From Deferrisomatales bacterium (GTDB taxonomy: Bacteria > Desulfobacterota > Deferrisomatia > Deferrisomatales > JACRMM01), in contig JAWSUI010000023.1 of NCBI GenBank assembly GCA_033551855.1, forward strand, positions 1-55,505: a DNA stretch of 55,505 nucleotides, written 5' to 3'. A model generated the notes under the pieces. That model was not told where the DNA came from. It did not search any database and saw only the letters and a program-made list of their open reading frames with translations. Shown piece by piece: positions 40,954 through 49,249 of the stretch (its first letter is position 1; each line of letters opens with the position of its first letter). A program made the position numbers and the translations under genes.

Positions 40954-41397
40954 CCGACACCCGGATCGCCGACACCCGGAACCGACCCGTGGAATTGTCG
41001 GCGGGTGACGGGCGAAGCCCCTGAGCCCCGCGCTCGGAGTGGGAAACACGAAACTGGACCCGGATGGGGGGACCGACGTAGCATCGCGTCCCGGCTCGGT
41101 GCCGCTTTGGACGGCTTCGTGGCCTCGGGGAGAGGAGGGGAACAGTGGGCTGCCGAAACCGCCTTTCGGGCCGGCGCGGGGAGGGGGGGGCGGTCGCGAT
41201 CGGAGCTGCCGCCGACAGGTTGGGCGTTTGCTGATCCTCCTGCCGCTCCTTTGGGTCCCGGCTGTCTCCGAGGCGGCCGCGCAAGCGGTCCACCCGGAGC
41301 CCCAGGTGAGGACGGTCCTGTCGCCGGGGGGGACCGTGCAGGAGGACACGCTCACCTTGAGAGTGCTGGGGTTTCGAGTGGGAATCCGGTGCCTGTT

Positions 41398-41600
41398 CTA
41401 GCACGGCAACGAGCGATCGTTTCTCCGCGGGCGTTCGGCGTGAAACCTTCCCTCCGGCGGGCAGGATCCCGGCGCGCAGCGCAGCCCGCGAGGCTGTTTC
41501 GAGCGACCCTATGGCCGTTCGGTGTGCCCAGAGCCTCGCTCCAGGGCCGCCTGCCCGCTCTCCAGGACGGCCCCGCGCCCGACTCTGACGCAACCCTCGC
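41398..41600. repeat. MITE-like repeat family 2, second copy (inverted)
   Basis: Aligns with the reverse complement of 26450-26647. Confidence 0.7.
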
Positions 41601-41650
41601 TGCAGAAGCAAGCCCCTCTCCGGTGCTCCGACGAGGCGCTCCGGCGTCGC

Positions 41651-41887
41651 TCAGGCGCGCTTCCTCCGCCCCAACACCCCGGCACGCAGGCCCGCCTGCA
41701 CCGCCTTCTTGGCTTCCCCCAGGGAGTGGTAGGGGCCGACCTCGCCGCCGGTGGGCATGTGGATGACGTAGGTCTCGTCCAGACTCTCGATGTAGCCCAG
41801 ACAGGTCCCGTCCAGGAATATGCCGATCTTGCGGTAGCGCGCCCCGCGGGAAGGGGCGGCGGGCTCGGGTCGGAAAGCCAACCGCAT
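41651..41887 (-). CDS. Small hypothetical protein (78 aa)
   Basis: GGGAG RBS, ATG start, protein-like composition (YRKIGIFLDG..LGYIESLDETYVIH..GPYHSLGEAKKAV). Confidence 0.55.
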   Translation of the reverse strand: MRLAFRPEPAAPSRGARYRKIGIFLDGTCLGYIESLDETYVIHMPTGGEVGPYHSLGEAKKAVQAGLRAGVLGRRKRA

Positions 41888-42188
41888 GGGGTGAGCTCCC
41901 TCGGGACCGGGACGGCCACCGGATCCGCCTCCGCGAGACCGTCGAGCGGCCCGGCAGGGGCCGCGGCGGCACATCGGAGGAGCCGCCCCCTCTGCGGGTC
42001 GCGGAAGTCCGGGTCCGGGAGGGGGCGAGCCGGGGCGCAGCGTACCTCCTCCCCTCGCGTGCGCAAGAGTCTGCCGGCGCGGACGTGCTGGGCGGTCTTC
42101 CGGGGCCCCCCTTGACGCGACCCCCTGGAGGGCTAGGCTCCGGGCACGGGAAGAGACATCCCCCCTTTGCCGTCTCGGGAGGCAGGCC

Positions 42189-43292
42189 ATGAACAGAGTC
42201 TCCCTCGTCCTCGCGGCCGTGGGGGCCGCGATCTGGGCTTCAGGCTGCGGAGGCAGCGGGACCGGGCCGGCTGTCCGACCCCAGGAACCGTCTCCCCCCA
42301 TCGAGGATCCCGAGCCTCCACCGCAGGACCCGCAACCGCCCGCCCCTCCTCTCCCGGACGATCCGCTCCTGTCCTTCACGACCGTCGCCTCGGGGCTCAC
42401 CGCCCCCAAGGTCGTCACCCACGCGGGCGACGGGAGCGGCAGCCTCTTCGTCGCCGAGCAGACCGGCGTGGTGCGGATCTTGAGGGACGGGGCCACGGCC
42501 GTCAGCCGGTTCCACGTCCTCCCGGCAGACCCCGATAGGTCCGATCCTGCCAGCGAGGAGGTACTCCTCACGGTTCCCCAGCCCTTTGCCAACCACAACG
42601 GCGGCCAGCTCGCCTTCGGTCCCGACGGCTTCCTCTACGTCGGGCTCGGCGACGGGGGGAGCGGGGGAGACCCGGAGGGGAACGGCCAGAACCCGGGAAC
42701 CCTCCTGGGGAAGGTGCTGCGCATCGATGTGGAGTCCGGAGACGTACCCTACGGGATTCCCGCGGACAACCCCTTCGCTTCCGGGCAGGAGGCGTTGCCG
42801 GAGATCTGGGCCGGCGGCCTCCGGAACCCCTGGCGGTTCTCCTTCGACCGGGCGACGGGGGACCTCTACCTCGGGGACGTGGGCCAGAACCGATGGGAGG
42901 AGGTCCATTTCCACGAGGCCGGGTCGCCCGGCGGCGCGAACTACGGCTGGAACATCCTGGAAGGAAACGCGTGCTTCGACCCGCCGACGGGTTGCGTGCC
43001 TCCCCCTGGGTACTCTCCGCCCGTCCACGTGTACGGGCACCAACCGGAGTGTTCCGTCACAGGGGGCTACGTATACCGGGGGCCCGGAAACCCGGCGATG
43101 ACGGGGGGCTATCTCTACGGGGACTACTGCAGCGGCCGCATCTGGATCCTCCACCGTACGGGGGAGGGTTGGCGGAACGAGCTGGCAGCGGCAACCACGT
43201 ATCGCATCTCCACCTTCGGGGAGGACGAAGAAGGGCGCCTCTACGTCGCCGATCACACAGGTGGGGCGGTGCATCGCATCGACTCCCCCTGA
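42189..43292 (+). CDS. PQQ-dependent sugar (glucose/sorbosone) dehydrogenase family lipoprotein, apparently with an internal in-frame deletion
   Basis: Lipobox WASGC; NHNGGQLAFGPDG.LY.GLGDGG, GKVLRID, DNPF, GLRNPWRFSFD, GDVGQ, NYGW, SVTGGYVYRG, STFGED. Confidence 0.85.
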   Translation: MNRVSLVLAAVGAAIWASGCGGSGTGPAVRPQEPSPPIEDPEPPPQDPQPPAPPLPDDPLLSFTTVASGLTAPKVVTHAGDGSGSLFVAEQTGVVRILRDGATAVSRFHVLPADPDRSDPASEEVLLTVPQPFANHNGGQLAFGPDGFLYVGLGDGGSGGDPEGNGQNPGTLLGKVLRIDVESGDVPYGIPADNPFASGQEALPEIWAGGLRNPWRFSFDRATGDLYLGDVGQNRWEEVHFHEAGSPGGANYGWNILEGNACFDPPTGCVPPPGYSPPVHVYGHQPECSVTGGYVYRGPGNPAMTGGYLYGDYCSGRIWILHRTGEGWRNELAAATTYRISTFGEDEEGRLYVADHTGGAVHRIDSP

Positions 43293-43325
43293 ATCGTCGA
43301 TGCCCCGCCCCGGGCGATCCTCTGC

Positions 43326-43446
43326 AGAGTTGCCCATGACCTTCGGGTTGCCCCGAGGGATGAAGCGCCGACCGGTCCCGGGCCGGTCGCCCTCACCCCA
43401 GGCCCCTCTCCCGCGGGGAGAGGGGATTCAAGGAAGGTGGGTTTCT
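43326..43446. repeat. Repeat module E, standalone inverted copy
   Basis: Reverse complement of 2889-3012; lies between convergent genes. Confidence 0.8.
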
Positions 43447-43477
43447 CCTATGGGCAGCCGGGCACGGGAACACGCGG

Positions 43478-44281
43478 TCAGCGGGGCCGGGAGTTGGGCC
43501 CCGGGGCGGCCGCGTCCTCGACCCCTTCGGAGGAAGAGCGGGGTCGCCAAGGCGGGGTGAGGTCCTGGAGCGGGTTGTGGCAGGGGGGGCCGACGCTGAA
43601 CAGAAACCGGCGAACCTGGCGGTCGGACCCGACGCGAATGACGCTCGCCGAGGAGGTCCCGAAGCGGCTGCCGGCGGGGGGGTGGAGGCAGAGGGGGTCC
43701 TGGCCGGGGGCCGAGGGCTCGTGGTCCGACAGGAACCCAGCGAGCTCGTCTTCCGTCGGCGGGTGCCCGCGCGAGGCGAACGTCTCCATCCGGGACAGGG
43801 AGCGCCGGGCCTTGGGGTCCCCCGGGTCCCGGAAGCGGGCGTTGGTGATCACGTGGCAGCCGGGGAGAAGCCGGTAGGTCTGGGTCCCGTCTGGTCCGTG
43901 GTCGATCACCGCGGCCCGGTCGGGGTCCGCGACGAGGAGCGTGTAGGCCTTGCACACCGGCGCGGCCCACTGGGCAAAGCGGTATGCCTCCTCGGTGGTG
44001 CCGTGCCGGAGGGTCTCCAGGACCACCGCGCCCCGGCTGCACAGGCTGGCGGAGTCCCGGCGAAGCGTCCCCTCGTGGTTGGCCAGGCCCGCGAGGACGC
44101 CGGCTTCGTTCACCCCGAGCCAGGTGCCGCCCGCCACCAGGTCCCTGGGCCCCCAGATGCGGGGCACGGAAGACAGGTCCCCCGGCCCGCGCCACGCGCG
44201 GTCCAGGATCTCGTCCCGGTTGGCCGCAAAGAGAACGGGCTCGTCCGGGAAGACCTGGAAGAAGAGGTGGAGGGTGCACAT
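43478..44281 (-). CDS. NRDE (TANGO2) family protein
   Basis: MCTL N-terminus, AANRDE, DLVAGGTWLGVN, SRG, GTSS. Confidence 0.92.
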   Translation of the reverse strand: MCTLHLFFQVFPDEPVLFAANRDEILDRAWRGPGDLSSVPRIWGPRDLVAGGTWLGVNEAGVLAGLANHEGTLRRDSASLCSRGAVVLETLRHGTTEEAYRFAQWAAPVCKAYTLLVADPDRAAVIDHGPDGTQTYRLLPGCHVITNARFRDPGDPKARRSLSRMETFASRGHPPTEDELAGFLSDHEPSAPGQDPLCLHPPAGSRFGTSSASVIRVGSDRQVRRFLFSVGPPCHNPLQDLTPPWRPRSSSEGVEDAAAPGPNSRPR

Positions 44282-44317
44282 GGGGAGCTCCCGTCCCCCC
44301 GGGGCGGGGGCTGGATC

Positions 44318-44346
44318 AGTCTAGCCAGGCGACGCCTCGGCGGCAA
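44318..44346 (-). promoter_or_regulatory. Putative sigma70 promoter of the NRDE gene
   Basis: TTGCCG (44346-44341), 17 nt, TAGACT. Confidence 0.6.
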
Positions 44347-44359
44347 CCGTCGAAGCCCT

Positions 44360-44568
44360 CCAGGGTTCCCCGCCTGGCACGTGCTCGGAGTCGGGGAGCC
44401 CCCCGCTCCTCCCAGCTATTCGCGCCATTCGGACGAGGCGTTGGCAAGGAAGCGGGTACGCCCAGCTTCACCCCTTTTTGTGGTGGCTTGGGCGAACCGG
44501 TCGAGGCGGGACGGGGTTACGCTCCACGGGTCCCCGACCCCGCCCGAGAATCTGACGGTGGATCTCGG
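44360..44568. mobile_element. MITE family 1 copy
   Basis: Ends CCAGGGTTCCCC and GGTGGATCTCGG; CCCT on both flanks (44356-44359, 44569-44572); interior combines modules seen at 9640-9800 and 34517-34560. Confidence 0.78.
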
Positions 44569-44634
44569 CCCTGCAGCCCGCGGGAATAGTCGCCTTCCCA
44601 GGTAGCGGGCCGGGGCGTTACCCTCTCGGGGGGG

Positions 44635-45135
44635 TCACCGGGCCCAACGGGTGAAGACGTAGTCGTGGTCGACGACGTTGGCCTCGTGGCAGGGAAAGCA
44701 CGTGCGGTACAACTCGGCGTCCCCCACGGGCCGGTGATCCGGGCCGAAGCGGCCGAACCCCCATCCGCCGTCCTCCGCGTACTTCCGCGAGTCCTTGATC
44801 ATGATCTCGACGATCACCACCTCGCCGGGTACGAGCGCCCCGTCCCACTCCGGGGTCTGGGCCGCCTGATAGACGAGTTTGGCGATGGAGGACCCGTCGG
44901 GGAACGGCAGGGTTCCGGCCCGGTACGCCTGGGTCATCGTGGGGTTGGCGAGCATCATGCGGATGTGCCCCCGGTCCGTGCGGTAGGACGGTGCAACGGC
45001 GGTCCAGTCCCGATAGCCCTCCGGCAGGGCCACCCCGGTGACGGCCGTCGGCCGGTCCCCGGCAGCCACCGCTGCCGCGAGCACGGCCAGGGGGGCGAGC
45101 AAGGTCAAGGTGCGGCGGACGGAATGGGGATTCAT
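44635..45135 (-). CDS. Cytochrome P460 family protein
   Basis: Signal peptide; PEGYRDW, FPDGSSIAK, MIKDS..GGWGFGRF, C-terminal CFPCH, DYVF. Confidence 0.88.
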   Translation of the reverse strand: MNPHSVRRTLTLLAPLAVLAAAVAAGDRPTAVTGVALPEGYRDWTAVAPSYRTDRGHIRMMLANPTMTQAYRAGTLPFPDGSSIAKLVYQAAQTPEWDGALVPGEVVIVEIMIKDSRKYAEDGGWGFGRFGPDHRPVGDAELYRTCFPCHEANVVDHDYVFTRWAR

Positions 45136-45374
45136 CGACGCCTCCCGGAAGGGGGAACGATGTGCGTAAGCTAGCCGAAGACCTCGACCCGTCAAGTCAC
45201 GGTCTTCCTGCGGCGGGCTCGTGTTCGAGGACCCCTGGCCCGCCTCGGAGGGAGCGCGGGGAAGGCGGCCCCTTGTTGCCCACCCCTTGCTGGGGCCGGC
45301 GTGGGCGGCTGGCCAGGGGCGGCGGACCTGGTGGTAGAATGCGCCTCCCAGAACCCCCGCTCCGAGGAGAGGCG

Positions 45375-46262
45375 TTGGAGACACCACCAGCGGCAGACCC
45401 CAAACAGACTTCGGAGCCGGGCCTTCCCGCAGTCCTCGGGAACCTGGGCCTCATCCTTACGGGGAGCGCCCTGTGCGCCGTGGCCATCAACGGGATCCTG
45501 ATCCCCCACCGGTTCCTCAGCGGCGGGTTCACGGGGCTCGCCCTCGAGATCTACTACCTGTGGCCGGTGGTCCCGGTGAGCGCCCTCTACGCGGTGCTCA
45601 ACGTGCCGCTCTTCGCGATGGGGTGGTTCCACGTGGGAAGGCGGTTCTTCCTGTACAGCCTGGCGGGGGTGGCTGTCTTCTCCGGAGCCCTGCAGGTGGT
45701 GCGCCTTCCGGTGCCGGTACACGACCCGATCCTGGCGGCGCTGCTGGCCGGCATCATCACGGGGACGGGCTCCGGCATCATCCTGCGCTCCTTCGGGTCC
45801 GCCGGCGGGTCCGACATCCTCTCCATCATCCTTCTCCGGCGCTTCTCCGTCCGGATCGGCACCACCGTCCTTGCCTTCAATGGGCTCGTGCTCGCCACCG
45901 CGGCCGTCCTCTTCGACCTGGAGATGGCCCTCTACACACTCATCTACATCTTCGTCACGGCCCGGATGGTGGACGTGGTGGTCACCGGCTTGAGCCAGAG
46001 AAAGGCCGTGACCATCATCTCGCGCCGCTGGGAGGAGATCCGCAAGTACGTGGTCGACGAGATCCAACGAGGGGTCACTGTCCTGCGGGCCGAGGGCGGG
46101 TACCGGCGAGAAGAGGAGAGGGTGCTCTACACCGTGATCACCTTTCGGGAGCTCGCCCGCCTCAAGAGAGAGATCCGACGGATCGACCCCACGGCGTTCG
46201 TGGTGGTGAACGAGACGCTCGAGGTGATGGGACACCGGATCGGCAACCAGCCCCACTGGTAA
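45375..46262 (+). CDS. YitT family membrane protein
   Basis: SGGFTG, LNVPLF, GSAGGSDI, RGVT...GGY, IDPTAFV; TTG start with GAGGAG RBS. Confidence 0.9.
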   Translation: METPPAADPKQTSEPGLPAVLGNLGLILTGSALCAVAINGILIPHRFLSGGFTGLALEIYYLWPVVPVSALYAVLNVPLFAMGWFHVGRRFFLYSLAGVAVFSGALQVVRLPVPVHDPILAALLAGIITGTGSGIILRSFGSAGGSDILSIILLRRFSVRIGTTVLAFNGLVLATAAVLFDLEMALYTLIYIFVTARMVDVVVTGLSQRKAVTIISRRWEEIRKYVVDEIQRGVTVLRAEGGYRREEERVLYTVITFRELARLKREIRRIDPTAFVVVNETLEVMGHRIGNQPHW

Positions 46263-46279
46263 GGAGCACAGGAGACATC

Positions 46280-47008
46280 ATGGCAGCGGAGACGAGGGGA
46301 CTTTCCTGCACCCACTGCGCCGCGGTCTGGGCGAAGGCGGGAACGACCCACTGCTGGGGCGGCGACCCGGAGAAGGGCCCGCCTCGCCCGGGGTACTGCC
46401 CTTCGGCGGACCGGGGGGAGGTCATCGGAGAATCCTTCGAGCTCTACCGGGGGGGCAGCGAGGACGCCCGGATGGCCCAGGTGGCCGCACGGGTGGAGGG
46501 CCTGTGCTACCAGCCCATCCCGGGAAGCCAGGCGGTGAATGCCCGCTGGACGCGGGTGGAGGACACCGTGGCCTTCGCGAAGCTCATGGGGTACCGGAAG
46601 ATCGGCATCGCCACCTGCATCGGTCTCCTGGAGGAGAGCCGGCGGTTGGCCGCCATCCTCGAGGCCCAGGGCTTCGAGCCCCAGAGCGTGTGCTGCAAGG
46701 CGGGCAGCATCGACAAGCTCGAGCTCGGCCTGACGGAGGCGGAGAAGGTGCGCCCCGGGACCTTCGAGCCGGCGTGCAACCCGGTGGCCCAGGCGCGGCT
46801 CCTGAACGAGGCGGGAACCCACATGAACATCATCGTCGGCCTGTGCGTCGGGCACGACATGCTCTTCGCCAAACACTCCGAGGCCCCGGTCACCACCCTG
46901 GTGGTGAAGGACCGGGTCACCGGTCACAACCCGGCAGCGGTGCTCTACGGCCAGAACTTCTACTACAAACGGCTGCAGAGCCAACCGGTGAGGGTGGAGC
47001 GGGAGTGA
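46280..47008 (+). CDS. DUF1847 domain metal-binding protein
   Basis: TRVEDT..FAK.MGY.KIGIATCIGL, VCCKAG, CNPVAQA..LN, GLCVGHD, LVVKDRVTGHNP. Confidence 0.9.
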   Translation: MAAETRGLSCTHCAAVWAKAGTTHCWGGDPEKGPPRPGYCPSADRGEVIGESFELYRGGSEDARMAQVAARVEGLCYQPIPGSQAVNARWTRVEDTVAFAKLMGYRKIGIATCIGLLEESRRLAAILEAQGFEPQSVCCKAGSIDKLELGLTEAEKVRPGTFEPACNPVAQARLLNEAGTHMNIIVGLCVGHDMLFAKHSEAPVTTLVVKDRVTGHNPAAVLYGQNFYYKRLQSQPVRVERE

Positions 47009-47050
47009 GCCCAGGGGCGATCCAACCCTTCCAACCCATCCGACAACTGT

Positions 47051-47117
47051 CCTGACACAGGGGGGGACCGCCGGACAAGTATTCCACTTCAAGCGACAAA
47101 TACCCTGACACAGGGGG
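47051..47117. repeat. Two direct copies of CCTGACACAGGGGG (each containing the palindrome CCTG-ACA-CAGG) at the island boundary
   Basis: 47051-47064 and 47104-47117, separated by a more AT-rich spacer. Confidence 0.7.
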
Positions 47118-47263
47118 AGGGCGAGTACGAGGTGTATCGCAAGACGCAGGACGCCGAGTACCTCTCGGACTTCGACCGCGTTGTCGAGGAGACCAAACGG
47201 CTCGAAGGCAAGGAGGAACCTAGGACTCTCGGTTCGGGCAAAGGGGAGGACTCCGATGCATGA
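47117..47263 (+). pseudogene. 3' remnant of a RhuM-family gene
   Basis: Frame reads EGEYEVYRKTQDAEYLSDFDRVVEETKRL...*, like the RhuM C-terminal EYExY/F..QD...SDFD motif; no start codon; stop overlaps mukF ATG (ATGCATGA). Confidence 0.6.
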
Positions 47264-48566
47264 GAGCACGGATCTGCATCGCGTCCTCGGGGCCCTGCAC
47301 CAGGCGCGGGCGGCCCTCGACCTCGACACCGCGCATCTCTGCTACCTCATCACGCTGCGGGTCCGGGCAGAGCGCGGGAACCTGGCCTCGCTCACGGAGG
47401 ACGAGCTGGTGGACCTGTACCTGCAGGTCTGCGAGCTCGTCGATCCGGACGCGGTCAACCCGCGAAAGCGCGCGACCCATGCGATCCAGCACCTGCGCGA
47501 CCACCGCCTGCTCCGGCGCGTGGACGGCGCCGGCCTGGTCCGCGCGGGTGAGTACACGCTCACCCGCCTCGCGACCGCCATCGTCGACTTCTTCATCGAG
47601 GACGAGACCCTGACCCGGGAGAGCCTGGTGGTCCTGACCCGCGCCCTCACGTCTCAGCTCGGCACCGTGCTGGCCGACGCGCGCAAGGCCGAGACCGAGG
47701 AGGCGTGGCGCAGCCAGGTGGTCGAGCCGCTCCGGGTCACGGTGAGCGACCTCGTCTCCGGCATCGAGCGGCGCCAGCGTGGGATGGACGCCCAGCAGGA
47801 GGAGGTGCGGGAGCGCATCGGCTCGCTGCTCCAGGAGGACTGGTTCGCCGCGGTCGGCGACTGCGAGCAGCTGCTCGACGACACGTCGACGACGCTGCGG
47901 GAGCTGGGCGAGGTGCTGCTGCGAGACAGCGCCCACCTGCAGGCGCTGCTGCAGGACATCGAGCAGGTCGCGACCGAGGCCCGTGCGGACGAGGCCGCTC
48001 TCCAGGCACAGAAGGTCCAGGAGCACCTGGACCGCGTGACGGCGTGGGGTGGAGACCGGCAGCGCGCCTGGTCGGACTACTACCAGTTCGTGCAGCGGTA
48101 TCTGCGCGGCGTCGTGCGCCTCGACCCCGATCGCGCGGTCAGCCAACGCCTCCGCGACCAGCTCGTCGCCTGGCTGGACAAGCCTTTCGCGCTCAACGCT
48201 GCGCAAGAGCCGTCCATCCGGCTCCTGCGCGATGACCAGGCCAAGGTCGATCGGCCACCGGTAACCCGACCCCGGCGGGATCGTGAGTGTGCCCCCGAGG
48301 TCGTCCCGCCCGATCCGGCACCAGTCGCGCTCGAGGAGCGGGTCGACGCGGCGCTCGCCGACGGGCTCGCGAGCCTCGTGGCGGTGACGGCGCAAGTGCT
48401 ACAAGTAGTGCCTGGACCTGAGCGATACCGCACCGCAGGGCGCACGGCCGAGCTGGTGGCGGCGCGTGCCCGCGTGTCCTCGCCGCTGGAGCGCTCGTGG
48501 GAGCGGCTGGATGCGCTCGACATGGAGCTGCAAGACTGGCGGCTCGATTCCGGGGGACGGTCGTGA
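47256..48566 (+). CDS. mukF: MukF kleisin
   Basis: RATHAIQHLRDHRLL, YTLTRLATAIVDFFI, QRGMDAQQEEVRERIGSLLQEDWFAAVGDCEQLLDDTSTTLREL parallel E. coli MukF segments as recalled (RANNAIN, YRLTPLG, QRLMDEQQ..DWRAAISSCELLL). Confidence 0.88.
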   Translation: MHESTDLHRVLGALHQARAALDLDTAHLCYLITLRVRAERGNLASLTEDELVDLYLQVCELVDPDAVNPRKRATHAIQHLRDHRLLRRVDGAGLVRAGEYTLTRLATAIVDFFIEDETLTRESLVVLTRALTSQLGTVLADARKAETEEAWRSQVVEPLRVTVSDLVSGIERRQRGMDAQQEEVRERIGSLLQEDWFAAVGDCEQLLDDTSTTLRELGEVLLRDSAHLQALLQDIEQVATEARADEAALQAQKVQEHLDRVTAWGGDRQRAWSDYYQFVQRYLRGVVRLDPDRAVSQRLRDQLVAWLDKPFALNAAQEPSIRLLRDDQAKVDRPPVTRPRRDRECAPEVVPPDPAPVALEERVDAALADGLASLVAVTAQVLQVVPGPERYRTAGRTAELVAARARVSSPLERSWERLDALDMELQDWRLDSGGRS

Positions 48567-49249
48567 TCGAGCAACCCTACACGTCGCTGGAGGATGTCAT
48601 CCAGGACCCCGTCTTCCCGGACGTGGATCTCGCCTTGCGCCGGGGGCGGCACATCGACCTGGACGACTCCCAGTGGTTCGCGTTCCTGGCCGAGGCGCAG
48701 AGCCACCTGGAGCTCTTCTACCGCCGGTTCGGCTCGGAGCTGATCCGCGTCGCGGACGGCTACTTCTATCTCCTGCCGTCCGGCGATCGCCTGGGTCGCC
48801 GGCAGCTCTCGCGAGGCGAGATGCTCGTGGGCCAGGGGCTCGCCCTCCTGTACCTGGACCCTGCGACCGTGAAGGCCGCCGGCGTGGTTCCGCCGGCGCA
48901 GCTCCTCGAGCTGCTGGTGAGCCTCGTCGGCCAGGAGCGGCTCGTGGTCACCCTGAACTTCCGCAAGAACCCGCCCAAGGACGCGCGCATCGCGGAGGAG
49001 ATGGCCCGCAAAGAGATCGCCAAGGCGCTGCGTGGTCTGGAGAGGCTCGGTTTTGTGGAGCGCCTTCCCGATGACCTGCTCCGACTCCGGACGCCGCTCA
49101 TGCGCTTCACCGATCCCGTGCGAGGCCTTGCCGATCCGGCGCAGGCGCTCGCTCGGCTCGTCGAACGCGGGGAGGTGACGACCGAGACCGAGGTGATCGG
49201 CGATCAGGACGAGAACGGCGCCGCGGAAGACGAGGAGAACGGGGAGTGA
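48563..49249 (+). CDS. mukE: MukE KITE subunit
   Basis: FPDVDLALRRGRHI, FYRRFGSELIRVADGYFYLLP, EMLVGQGLALLYLDP; GTGA overlaps on both sides. Confidence 0.9.
   Translation: MIEQPYTSLEDVIQDPVFPDVDLALRRGRHIDLDDSQWFAFLAEAQSHLELFYRRFGSELIRVADGYFYLLPSGDRLGRRQLSRGEMLVGQGLALLYLDPATVKAAGVVPPAQLLELLVSLVGQERLVVTLNFRKNPPKDARIAEEMARKEIAKALRGLERLGFVERLPDDLLRLRTPLMRFTDPVRGLADPAQALARLVERGEVTTETEVIGDQDENGAAEDEENGE

Noticed and set aside
41228..41401. Small secreted peptide ORF (LLILLPLLWVPAVSEAAA...)
   Set aside because: No convincing RBS or start and no recognisable family; left uncalled.
47051..47117. Mini CRISPR array (repeat-spacer-repeat)
   Set aside because: Only two 14-nt repeats, too short for CRISPR, and no cas genes in the window.
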